A stretch of 20,000 nucleotides of DNA from an uncultured virus (IMG/VR IMGVR_UViG_3300044998_000523) (taxonomy: Duplodnaviria > Heunggongvirae > Uroviricota > Caudoviricetes). The stretch's first letter is position 1; the number at the start of each line of letters is the position of its first letter. Location: the IMG/VR virus record IMGVR_UViG_3300044998_000523; one strand, 5' to 3'. The notes below the pieces were generated by a model. That model had not been told where the DNA came from. It was given only the letters and a program-made list of their open reading frames with translations, and did not search any database. The position numbers and the translations under genes are program-made. Of this stretch, positions 1 to 8,451 are shown one piece after another.

Positions 1-1
1 G

Positions 2-133
2 AAGGCGGCCAACGCTTTTTATGTCAAGACGCTGCAGGCTCAGATCGATTCTGCCATGAAAGCAGGAGTACCGGCGGATAATCCGCTTCTTCAAGGTTAC
101 AAAAAAGTGATGAGTATGATAAGATCGTCTTGA
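2..133 (+). CDS. 3' end of a hypothetical protein (5'-truncated by window edge)
   Basis: Open frame KAANAFYVKTLQAQIDSAMKAG...MIRSS ending in TGA 131-133, which overlaps the next ATG (TGATG). Confidence 0.7.
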   Translation, partial: KAANAFYVKTLQAQIDSAMKAGVPADNPLLQGYKKVMSMIRSS

Positions 134-746
134 TGCACTGTGTGTACGTCATTCAGAACACTCTGAATGGTAAGTGTTGCGTCGGATACTCTTTTAGTCC
201 CGATGATCGATGGAAAGAGCATGTTCGACTCTCAAAAAAGCTGAACCCTCCGTGTCACATTCATCGAGCCATGAAAAAAGATGGCCTCTCGAATTTTGAT
301 TTTCAAGTTGTAGAAACGTTTGAAACTAAAGAAGCTAGATTTTTGGCAGAAGTCAAATTGATTTCTCAATTTGGTCCTTACGGAGACGGTGGTTATAACG
401 AAACTCGAGGAGGAGATGGATATTCTCATTCGTGGAGTTCTGAACAAAATTGGCTCAGTCAATTCGTCTTAAAAAGAAGTATGAGTCATATGAGATTCCC
501 CTTGAAACGAGAGAGAAGCTAAGTGCTATTTGGAAAGGTCGCTTCCATTCCGAAGAGTCAAAACTTTTGATGGCAGAGAAAGCCAGAGGGAAGAAATACA
601 CTTTAGAAACTCGAGCTAAAATGTCTAAGAAAGCTAAAGGACGACCTTCTCCGAATAAGGGGAAAGTGATGTCCGAAGAGCAAAAGCTAAAGATTAGCGA
701 GACTAAGAGGAAAAATGGAAAACGCAAAGAACTACAACACGGCTGA
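133..746 (+). pseudogene. GIY-YIG homing endonuclease with NUMOD3-type repeats, frameshifted (pseudogene or sequencing error)
   Basis: N-terminal CVYVIQNTLNGKCCVG...RWKEH...GYN in 133-522. HSEESK/YTLETRAKMS/MSEEQKLKIS repeats lie in the other frame (450-746). One extra A in the AAAA run at 446-449 would join them. Confidence 0.8.
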
Positions 747-990
747 GATGCAACCCGATGAACTCAACGCGCTCAAAGCGCTGGTCGAAGAATTTCTTGG
801 CAAAGTTCAGAACATCGACAACGAGATTCAGCTGCTGAAAGACGATCGCAAAGAGCTGTTCGAGGAGTACTCGGATCGTCTAGATATGAAGACGCTCAAA
901 GCCGCTCTGAGCATCATTAAGATCCAAAAGGGAGTCGCGCATGCGGACACTTTTGAAATGTTTATGGAAGTTCTAGATAAGCAGATATGA
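715..990 (+). CDS. small dsDNA-binding protein, T4 DsbA / GapR (DUF2312)-like
   Basis: 91 aa helical protein with pattern LKALVEEF..IDNEIQLLKDDRKELFEEY...DMKTLKAAL. Preceded by the SD-like AAGAGG. Family assigned from recall of the motif. Confidence 0.6.
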   Translation: MENAKNYNTAEMQPDELNALKALVEEFLGKVQNIDNEIQLLKDDRKELFEEYSDRLDMKTLKAALSIIKIQKGVAHADTFEMFMEVLDKQI

Positions 991-1565
991 ATTTCGTATA
1001 CGTCATTTCAAACAACCAAACGAAGAAAAGATATGTTGGATTGTCGAACAACGTAGCTAAGCGCTGGAAAGAACACGTCCGTCATGCCTTTGATAACTGC
1101 ACGACGAAATATCTCTTGCATCAAGCGTTGGTGAAATACGGTGTTGATTCGTTTTCTCTAAGCGTTTTAGAAGAATATGAATTGAGAGATGACGCTTTAC
1201 GAGCTGAAGCGCGTCTTATTAAAGAGCTTGATACGTTTGGGCCTAACGGATACAATATGACCGGTGGGTGGGAAGGTGCGCTCATTGTTAGCGAAAACAC
1301 GCGGACAGTGATTTCTGAATCCCAAAAAAGAAGATTTGCTTCCGTTAAAGAGAGAGAAAAACATAGCAATGCTTGCAAAGGTTCTCTTCGAAGTGAAGAA
1401 ACTAAGAAAAGAATAAGTGAATGTCAAAAGGGACGTAAACATACTACTCATTCAAAAATGAAAATGAGCCTTTCGAGAAAAGGAATTAAGTTTTCCGAAG
1501 AGCGTAAACAAAAGATGAGAGATGGCTGGGCGCGCAAGAAAGTCCTCGAAAAAGAAGGACTTTAA
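987..1565 (+). CDS. GIY-YIG homing endonuclease with NUMOD3-type repeats
   Basis: FVYVISN...RYVG...RWKEH...GYNMTGG followed by RSEETKKRIS and FSEERKQKM repeats. AT-rich, with ATGA overlap with the upstream gene. Confidence 0.9.
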   Translation: MNFVYVISNNQTKKRYVGLSNNVAKRWKEHVRHAFDNCTTKYLLHQALVKYGVDSFSLSVLEEYELRDDALRAEARLIKELDTFGPNGYNMTGGWEGALIVSENTRTVISESQKRRFASVKEREKHSNACKGSLRSEETKKRISECQKGRKHTTHSKMKMSLSRKGIKFSEERKQKMRDGWARKKVLEKEGL

Positions 1566-1596
1566 CCCCTAGCCCGATTCGGGTTAGTTTCATTCC

Positions 1597-2100
1597 ATGA
1601 GCAACGAAAAGAGACTCGCGAAGTTCGATCTGAGGTTGACAAGAGCCGAGCTCCTTCATCTCAGAGATCTGATGGGAGTCAGCGTCCCGAACGAGGGAGG
1701 ACCCCGCACGGTCTCTTCGACTTTGGCTGCTATCGAGGGTAGAGAGCATGCTGATGAATCCCTTTGGGAAAAGATCAGCTCCGCATGTCAGGTAGCGCAG
1801 ATTGCTCTGGAGGACGACGCTCCGGACTATATCATCGCACCGATCGCCTCGCCGCCCATGGCCGTATTTAGATTGCAGGACGACGAGGATCTCGTCGAGG
1901 TTCCGGTCGAAGAATCGGAGGAAAAGGACGATGGAGAAGAAGTACAGAGTGGGTCAGATCCTGTACGTGGTGCTGAACAAGCAGATGAAAGTGTTCCCCT
2001 GCCAGATAGTGGAGGAACTGACAAAAAAGACGATGAACGGCAACAGCGTCGTTTATCGGGTGGCAATCGGAAAAGGAAGCGAACCAAGAGATCTGAGTGA
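1597..2100 (+). CDS. hypothetical protein
   Basis: 167 aa ORF with protein-like N-terminal ~110 aa. The C-terminal ~56 aa overlap the next gene. Confidence 0.65.
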   Translation: MSNEKRLAKFDLRLTRAELLHLRDLMGVSVPNEGGPRTVSSTLAAIEGREHADESLWEKISSACQVAQIALEDDAPDYIIAPIASPPMAVFRLQDDEDLVEVPVEESEEKDDGEEVQSGSDPVRGAEQADESVPLPDSGGTDKKDDERQQRRLSGGNRKRKRTKRSE

Positions 2101-2401
2101 GCTCGATGGCGAGGTCTTTGACGATCCCGAGGTCGTCAAAAAGACTCTTACTGCCAGAGCCAGCAAGATGATCGAAAAGATGGTCTCCGCGGCGACCAAA
2201 GCATCATCCGAATGGTATGCCGCCTCTTCTGTCGCTCCCGAAGTCCAGGGCTTGAGCCTCGAGGACATCACACCAGATCCGACGCCTGTCGACGATCCGA
2301 CGGAATCTGATGAATCGGACAAACCCGTCGTTGAATTGCCCGACGGCCGCGTCGCCAAAGTCAACATCAAAATCCCGCCCAACTTCAAGACTGGGTCATG
2401 A
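1931..2401 (+). CDS. hypothetical protein (SH3-like N-terminus)
   Basis: ATG 1931 behind a GGAGG/AAGGA SD. Starts MEKKYRVGQILYVV, a typical phage beta-rich start, and has an acidic tail. Confidence 0.7.
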   Translation: MEKKYRVGQILYVVLNKQMKVFPCQIVEELTKKTMNGNSVVYRVAIGKGSEPRDLSELDGEVFDDPEVVKKTLTARASKMIEKMVSAATKASSEWYAASSVAPEVQGLSLEDITPDPTPVDDPTESDESDKPVVELPDGRVAKVNIKIPPNFKTGS

Positions 2402-2413
2402 TACATATTGACG

Positions 2414-2689
2414 ATGTCTGTTAAGTTCCTCAAGAGCTTTATCAAGGAAGCTATCAAGGGTAAGGTTGCGGCTTCTCCTTCGTATATGAAAAAGGAAGCC
2501 ATCAGGGAAAAGTTGCAAGGCATCATCGCCGACGCCGTTGCTAACGGAGAAGTCGTCGATCAGCCCTCATTAGAGCAGTTTTTGGTTGATATCAATACAT
2601 CGATGACGGCCCTCAAAATGATTCCTTTCAAAGTCTGGACTAAGCTGGCGGGCGCGTCCGCGCCACTTCCCAAAAAGAAGGTCAAGTAG
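2414..2689 (+). CDS. hypothetical protein
   Basis: ORF starting MSVKFLKSFIKEAI, in operon context. Confidence 0.7.
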   Translation: MSVKFLKSFIKEAIKGKVAASPSYMKKEAIREKLQGIIADAVANGEVVDQPSLEQFLVDINTSMTALKMIPFKVWTKLAGASAPLPKKKVK

Positions 2690-2701
2690 CCTAGTTCGTT
2701 A

Positions 2702-2730
2702 TGTAATCGGGCCTCCATCCATGATAAAAT
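2702..2730 (+). promoter_or_regulatory. putative sigma70-type phage promoter
   Basis: TGTAAT-N17-TAAAAT with extended -10 TG. The same architecture recurs at 11526. Confidence 0.55.
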
Positions 2731-2736
2731 GGATGC

Positions 2737-3153
2737 ATGGGTCGTCCATTTACCATACGTATGCCCAATTGGGCTGCCGAGAATCCTGACCTCGACGAGC
2801 TTGAGTTGAGACACAAGCATATGCTGTGTATGCCGAGTTTCGACGCTCTTCGCCAGTACGAATGGGTGCGTCTCAGCGGTAAATTCAACATGCTGACCGA
2901 CGGTCGCAAAGTCGTCGAGGAGATGAAGAAGCTAGGCTTCTTCGACGCCCTGGGTTGGCTTCTTCTTTGCCAAGAAGAAAAGGTTTTCTTCGGGACAGTC
3001 TATTCGACTGGCATGGAACACTACAAAAAGGAGAATCCCGGCAACTGGTTCGATGCGGATTTTCTGAAGGACATCCAGAGGTCGAAAAAGAGGGATCTCA
3101 AGGAGCAGCTACGACAGCTCCAGGCTGAGATCGACGAATTGGAGAACGAATGA
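2737..3153 (+). CDS. hypothetical protein
   Basis: 138 aa ORF with a C-terminal coiled coil and ATGA coupling to the next gene. Confidence 0.7.
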   Translation: MGRPFTIRMPNWAAENPDLDELELRHKHMLCMPSFDALRQYEWVRLSGKFNMLTDGRKVVEEMKKLGFFDALGWLLLCQEEKVFFGTVYSTGMEHYKKENPGNWFDADFLKDIQRSKKRDLKEQLRQLQAEIDELENE

Positions 3154-3971
3154 AGCATCTCATCATCGACGGTATGAATTTTGCCTGGAGATCCAAAGTC
3201 TGGGGACCCGCGCGTGACGCGCCCGGTTTCATTTTCTTTCGCAACCTGAAGGCTCTCGTTGAGATGCACCAGCCCGATTACGTCTGGTATGTTTTGGAGG
3301 GTCGCCCGCAGGCGCGTCATGACATCGCGCCGACGTACAAGGCCAACCGCATCCTGGCTCCGGACGATCCGAAGCTGCAGGAGCGCAAGGATTTCATGTC
3401 CGAGATCCGATCTGCCGTGGGTATCATGGCGACGTATCTTCCCATCTCGACCGTGCGGCATCCGCATTGGGAGTGTGACGATACGATTTTCAATCTCGTC
3501 AAGAAAGCCTTGCAACACGAATCAGAAGTGATCGTGTCGTCGAGCGATTCCGATTTCATCCAGCTCATCCAGGATTTTCCCAAAGCTAAGCTGTGGAATC
3601 ATACCAAGAAAGTCTATGTCGAGGCTCCGGAGTATGATTACGTGACGTGGAAGGCCCTCCGCGGCGACGGATCCGACAACATCAAGGGAGTCAAGGGAGT
3701 TGGCGACAAGACGGCGCAGAAGCTGATGGCCGATCAGGATTCGTTGATCGAGTTCCTGACTGAGGATTCGAATCGGGCTCAGTTCGAGAGAAACGTCTCT
3801 CTCATTCGCTTTCACGAGTTCTCGGACGAAGAGCGGGCCCAAATCGAGCATTCTCGTGGCATGTTTGATCCCGATTTCATGCGTAATTATTTCGAGAGCT
3901 GCGGCTATCCGTCCATGCTGTCTGAGACGTATTGGCCCACGTTCGTCGCGACTTTCGAAAGGCTGAAATGA
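3150..3971 (+). CDS. 5'-3' exonuclease / flap endonuclease (T4 RNase H / T5 FEN family)
   Basis: LIIDGMN, YKANR, ECDD and SSDSDFIQL acidic motifs, plus the H3TH motif ALRGDGSDNIKGVKGVGDKTAQKL. Confidence 0.93.
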   Translation: MKHLIIDGMNFAWRSKVWGPARDAPGFIFFRNLKALVEMHQPDYVWYVLEGRPQARHDIAPTYKANRILAPDDPKLQERKDFMSEIRSAVGIMATYLPISTVRHPHWECDDTIFNLVKKALQHESEVIVSSSDSDFIQLIQDFPKAKLWNHTKKVYVEAPEYDYVTWKALRGDGSDNIKGVKGVGDKTAQKLMADQDSLIEFLTEDSNRAQFERNVSLIRFHEFSDEERAQIEHSRGMFDPDFMRNYFESCGYPSMLSETYWPTFVATFERLK

Positions 3972-5011
3972 ACGATCCCCTCGTTCGAACGACTTTACCT
4001 GCCGGCTGGATTGATTTGGGTATCGGAGATGCCAAAGCCGTCCGTCGAGCGTTCGAGCGCACCTTTGGTTTCGGTTTCGATATGTTTCGAAGCGCCGATC
4101 GAGACACGCTTTTCGATTATCAGCCTCCTTCGGGCTTGCGACCGCTTGTTTCCTATCTCGAAGCTCGTCACAACCAGCCCGTCGTAATCACGTCAGGAGC
4201 CAAGCAAGGGCTCTGCGCCGCTTTTTCGGCGTTGAAGTCTTTAGGCCATCGCAAGCTTGGTTTGCGAGTTCCTTATTGGTGCCAGCTGCCGCCCGCCATC
4301 AAGAGCGAGGGACTGAATCCTGTGTTCGTTAAGGGCAGCTATCGATTTAGTTTCAATCCTCGCGAACCGAGCGCTTTTGATTCGTATCTGCTTGTAAGTC
4401 CGGGCAATCCGGACGCGTACGTCGAGAATCCGGATTACATAGAGAAGCTCAAGCTAGCTCGTATTCCCGTCATTCACGACGCTGCGTATAACACACGAGC
4501 TTATACGGGATTCTTGCACTCGCACGATAAGTTCGACGCTGATGTCGAAATTTACAGCTTCTCCAAGATGTTTGGATTGAGTGGGCTACGAGTGGGTTAC
4601 TGCGTCGTTCGTAACGACGCCATCTATAAACATATGCTCGATTATGTCGAAACGAAGACGGTGGGTGTCAGCAGCCTTTCCCAAAACTTCGTCCTATCGG
4701 CGCTCGAGCGCGGCGACTATCCGGTCGGCGTCAACAAGAAATTGGTGCACGTCTTTGAGGACGCTGCCAAACTCGAGCTCAGAGCTTCAGCTGAGCAGTT
4801 TAAGCGACTCGATAAACTGAAGCCGCATCACATGATGATTGGTCCCATGTTCGGATGGTTCCGAAACGATGGAATCGATTTTGAAAAGCATCGAATCCAC
4901 GTCATGGACGGCAAACACTTCGGTGCCCCGGGTTATGTGCGTATCAATTTCGCCGCCGGTTCGGAAGTCTGCCGAGAGGCCGTCGATCGGATTCTATCTG
5001 AGACGGTGTAA
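3968..5011 (+). CDS. PLP-dependent aminotransferase class I/II
   Basis: IDLGIGD, ITSGAKQGL, PGNP, HDAAY, SFSKMFGLSGLRVGY (PLP lysine) and GYVRIN. ATG 3968 overlaps the upstream TGA. Confidence 0.9.
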   Translation: MNDPLVRTTLPAGWIDLGIGDAKAVRRAFERTFGFGFDMFRSADRDTLFDYQPPSGLRPLVSYLEARHNQPVVITSGAKQGLCAAFSALKSLGHRKLGLRVPYWCQLPPAIKSEGLNPVFVKGSYRFSFNPREPSAFDSYLLVSPGNPDAYVENPDYIEKLKLARIPVIHDAAYNTRAYTGFLHSHDKFDADVEIYSFSKMFGLSGLRVGYCVVRNDAIYKHMLDYVETKTVGVSSLSQNFVLSALERGDYPVGVNKKLVHVFEDAAKLELRASAEQFKRLDKLKPHHMMIGPMFGWFRNDGIDFEKHRIHVMDGKHFGAPGYVRINFAAGSEVCREAVDRILSETV

Positions 5012-5019
5012 TTAAAGTC

Positions 5020-5466
5020 ATGAAAAAGTTGTCTTTGACCCTGGGCATGATCTGGGCGTCTCCTATTACGCTCGTTTGCTTCATCTTCTATGTGCTGCCT
5101 TTTTGGCTTTTGGGATGGTACGAGTACATCGGTTGGTATGAGAATTGCTGGGCCTGGAAACTAAGAATAGAAGCACCCGAATTCGTCCATAGGTTGTGGA
5201 AAGGATGGACCGGACACTGCGTCGGTAACATGATCGTCATGGTCGAACGACCCGACATGTCCAAGAGATTTCAGGTCATATTGGCGCACGAGCAACAGCA
5301 CGTTCTTCAGTGCATGAAACTGGGAATCTTCCAGCCTATCCTCTATTACGCCAATCGCCTGGTCATCAAGTGGGCCTGCAAGAATTCTCATTCGTATTAC
5401 GACAATCCGTTCGAAATCGACGCTCGTCGCGGCGCAGGCCAATATATCAACTATAAGCAGCGCTAA
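5020..5466 (+). CDS. membrane-anchored HExxH zincin-like protein
   Basis: N-terminal hydrophobic segment, LAHEQQHVLQ and YYDNPFEIDAR (third ligand Glu). Confidence 0.7.
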   Translation: MKKLSLTLGMIWASPITLVCFIFYVLPFWLLGWYEYIGWYENCWAWKLRIEAPEFVHRLWKGWTGHCVGNMIVMVERPDMSKRFQVILAHEQQHVLQCMKLGIFQPILYYANRLVIKWACKNSHSYYDNPFEIDARRGAGQYINYKQR

Positions 5467-5495
5467 CTTTCTACTTAAACGTTGGGAGGTGCGCG

Positions 5496-6614
5496 ATGCC
5501 GATCAACGTTTCACAAGTCAAGTGGTCAGCTTACGCCGGATTCGAGGGTCCGGTCTTTTACGGTAGCAAGTCATTCAAGATTCCTGAGAATCCCACCTTC
5601 CTACATAAATGCATGGCGATCATCTCGGCCGTCGAAGGGCATATTGACGCCGTCAACATGTACGACTCGGGTATCGTCTCAGTTGGCACCGTGCAGTGGA
5701 TCGAAAGAGGCGTGAGCTCCGTTTCTGACATGATCGGAAAAGTGGCCGATGAGCTCGGACTTTATTACGTCAACACGGTTCTAGCGCCGGCTCTGAAGAT
5801 GTCCAATGCCGTCTTTAAGAAGAATTCCAAAGGTAAGTGGAGGTTCTTCATGACAAAGGATGGCAAGGAGATCGAAGTCAATACGGTCGCTACGCAGCAG
5901 CAATGCTTCCTTTCTTGCGACGGTAAGAAAGGATCCTGGAAGCCCGAAAACGTCCTGCATGCCAAGACATGGTGCGCGGCTATAGCTTCATTGTGGGATT
6001 CGGAAGAGGCGTGTCGAACCCAAATCGAATTTTCGGCTGGGAGATTGCTGCCTTGGTTCGTGACACCCAACGCAAAGAAGATTCTCTTTTCCGATCCCGA
6101 TGAAACGGGTTGGAAAGGTCTGCTAAAGGCCGTCTACATCCAATACGCCGTCAACATTCCGGCTTTGGCCGATCGCAATCTGGTTATCGGAGATCGAGAG
6201 TCCAAGTTTCCGAAATGGTCTCGAGAGTATTGCCTGGATGTCATCGTGCAACTGGCCTTCGGATCAGGTGTGACTCTTTGGCCCATTCGTTACTCGGGCC
6301 TCATCAAGCGAGCCGAGGCCCTCTTTGGAGTGACTCTTCCTGCTTCGGCCAAAGAATTGTCTCAGAAAAAGTGGAGAGTTCAGAGCCCGGCACCCGCGCC
6401 CGAACCCTCTCCCATTGTGCCCGACCCGATCGTACCATCGCCCACGCCTGTTGTTGTCGAGCCTGAACCCGAACCGATCAAGCCGATTCCGCCTGCCCCG
6501 CCGACGCCTCCTCCCGTTGAGGAGAACAATTCGTCTCGAAAGATGCTTATAATCATGCTAGCAGCCGGTGGTCTTCTGACGATCCTGACGAGACTCATTG
6601 ACTCATGCAGGTGA
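5496..6614 (+). CDS. putative lysozyme-fold peptidoglycan hydrolase with Pro-rich linker and C-terminal transmembrane anchor
   Basis: ISAVEGHIDAVNMYDSGIVSVGTVQW resembles the Glu...GxxQ lysozyme-superfamily motif. P/E-rich linker and hydrophobic C-terminus MLIIMLAAGGLLTIL. SD GGAGG. The function call is inference. Confidence 0.55.
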   Translation: MPINVSQVKWSAYAGFEGPVFYGSKSFKIPENPTFLHKCMAIISAVEGHIDAVNMYDSGIVSVGTVQWIERGVSSVSDMIGKVADELGLYYVNTVLAPALKMSNAVFKKNSKGKWRFFMTKDGKEIEVNTVATQQQCFLSCDGKKGSWKPENVLHAKTWCAAIASLWDSEEACRTQIEFSAGRLLPWFVTPNAKKILFSDPDETGWKGLLKAVYIQYAVNIPALADRNLVIGDRESKFPKWSREYCLDVIVQLAFGSGVTLWPIRYSGLIKRAEALFGVTLPASAKELSQKKWRVQSPAPAPEPSPIVPDPIVPSPTPVVVEPEPEPIKPIPPAPPTPPPVEENNSSRKMLIIMLAAGGLLTILTRLIDSCR

Positions 6615-7055
6615 ATGATGAAAAACGTACTCAAACAATACATCAGGGAGGCTCTAGCCTCTATGGAACCTGAGCCTCCGATCAAGGAGAAGGTGGCGGC
6701 GTGCGTCCTCGTCATCTCTTCTGACGGTAGGATTTTAGCCGTCTCTCGTAAGCACGATCCTACCGATTTCGGTTTGCCGGGTGGCAAGGTCGATCCTGGG
6801 GAGGAGCCTTGGGAAGCGGCGCGCCGCGAATGTCGAGAAGAGACGGGACTTGAAGTGACGAACATGATTCGTACTCCCTTTCATGATGAACTCGACGACA
6901 ACGGCTATCGCTGCCTTACGTTCAAGGCTGTCGTCAACGGAGACATCAATACAGACGAAGCGGGTGTCGTGCGTTGGGTCGACCCCGGGACGTTGATGGC
7001 CGGGTCATTTGGACCTTACAACACTAAAGTTCTGAGGAAAGCGGGCTTGATATGA
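6615..7055 (+). CDS. Nudix hydrolase
   Basis: Nudix box GGKVDPGEEPWEAARRECREETGL. Confidence 0.93.
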   Translation: MMKNVLKQYIREALASMEPEPPIKEKVAACVLVISSDGRILAVSRKHDPTDFGLPGGKVDPGEEPWEAARRECREETGLEVTNMIRTPFHDELDDNGYRCLTFKAVVNGDINTDEAGVVRWVDPGTLMAGSFGPYNTKVLRKAGLI

Positions 7056-7843
7056 GAGTTTTGAGGAAGGGAATGGTCGGTGATGATGTCATCGCCTGGC
7101 AGAATTTTTTGAGAGGTCTTTTGCCCGATTCTTTGGTCGTCGTCACCGGAAATTTCGATGACGTTACGCACAATGAGACCGTTCGGTTTCAAAAGATGAG
7201 CGGTTTGCGGCCCGACGGCGTCGTCGGTCCCAATACGGCAGGATCAGCTCTCAAATTGGGCTATCACGCCATGACAGACGATTCTTCCGACGACACGGGT
7301 CCCAATTGGCCAGCTAAACCAGCGGGAGTCTCATCCCTCTCCGCCGCGGATAGAGAAAAGTTGTTTGGCAAGTTTTCCTATGTGCCCGCGCCCAGTCAGT
7401 GGAATCCCGAAGGCATCAAAATCACGGACAACTGGGCTGCCAACAATATCACGACTGTCAGCGTCCCGCAGCTGATGCTTGTCAACGGCGGTCCCAAAGA
7501 CGGCAAAGTGAGCTTTCACGTCAAGGGAGCTAAACAGCTGCAGGATCTTTTTTCTGAGTGGGAATCGGCGGGTCTGATGAATCGAGTGCTGACGTGGGGC
7601 GGTTCGTGGGTCCCTCGTTACGTGAGAGGTTCTCGTACGTATCTTTCCAATCATTCGTGGGGTACGGCTTTCGATATCAACGCTCAGTGGAACGGATTGG
7701 GAGCCCGGCCGGCGACTAAGGGTCTGAAAGGCTCAGTCCGCGAATTGGTCACCATCGCTGACAAGCACGGTTTCTTTTGGGGCGGCTGGTGGGACGGACG
7801 ACCAGACGGGATGCATTTCGAGTGCTACAAAATCATTCCGTGA
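7052..7843 (+). CDS. endolysin: peptidoglycan-binding domain + M15-family metallopeptidase
   Basis: N-terminal LRKGMVGDDV...FQKMSGLRPDGVVGPNT (PG_binding_1). C-terminal SNHSWGTAFDIN and DGMHFE Zn motifs. Confidence 0.9.
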   Translation: MRVLRKGMVGDDVIAWQNFLRGLLPDSLVVVTGNFDDVTHNETVRFQKMSGLRPDGVVGPNTAGSALKLGYHAMTDDSSDDTGPNWPAKPAGVSSLSAADREKLFGKFSYVPAPSQWNPEGIKITDNWAANNITTVSVPQLMLVNGGPKDGKVSFHVKGAKQLQDLFSEWESAGLMNRVLTWGGSWVPRYVRGSRTYLSNHSWGTAFDINAQWNGLGARPATKGLKGSVRELVTIADKHGFFWGGWWDGRPDGMHFECYKIIP

Positions 7844-8430
7844 ATTCGTATGTGTACTGCATCACTAATTTAGTGAACGGTAAACGTTATGTTGGCAAGA
7901 CGAATCATCCTAATCGTCGATGGAAGGATCATTGCAATCCGGATCTAAAGTCTTCGGGAGGTATGATCATACCCTTCGCAATTATGAAATACGGCGCTCA
8001 GAATTTCAAATTTGAGATCGTTGCAGAATGTTCTTCTGAAGAAGAGGCTTTCGAACTTGAAAAGAAGTTCATCGTCGAATGGCAGACAACGGATCGGTCT
8101 AAGGGCTACAATATGAATGAAGGTGGTTGTGGAGGTATTAATCCGACTCCAGAAGTTCGAGAGAAAATTGGAGCTCGACACCGAGGTAAGAAAATTTCTG
8201 ACAAACAGAAAGAAATGATTTCGAAAGTTCATAAGGGCAAAGTGATGTCCGAAGAGTCTTGTCGAAAAATGTCTGCATCTCGTACGGGATCTGGAAACGG
8301 TCGTTACGGAATGATTGCTTCAGAAGAGACTAAAGCTAAAATGAAAAAGCCTCATCGATGTTCTCTTTGCGGACGAACGGGTCATATCAAACCAACCTGT
8401 AGAAAAACTCGTAGTATGATACTTCCCTAA
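7840..8430 (+). CDS. GIY-YIG homing endonuclease with NUMOD3-type repeats and C-terminal CCHC zinc knuckle
   Basis: GTG start overlapping the upstream TGA. YVYCITNLVNGKRYVGKT...GYNMNEGG, then KGKVMSEES and SEETKAKM repeats, then CSLCGRTGHIKPTC. Confidence 0.9.
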   Translation: MNSYVYCITNLVNGKRYVGKTNHPNRRWKDHCNPDLKSSGGMIIPFAIMKYGAQNFKFEIVAECSSEEEAFELEKKFIVEWQTTDRSKGYNMNEGGCGGINPTPEVREKIGARHRGKKISDKQKEMISKVHKGKVMSEESCRKMSASRTGSGNGRYGMIASEETKAKMKKPHRCSLCGRTGHIKPTCRKTRSMILP

Positions 8431-8451
8431 AAAACGCGATAAGATCTTCCC

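Noticed and set aside
987..8430. GIY-YIG genes as intron-encoded ORFs
   Set aside because: Flanking genes are complete and abut the nucleases with 4-nt overlaps, leaving no room for intron cores. They are free-standing.
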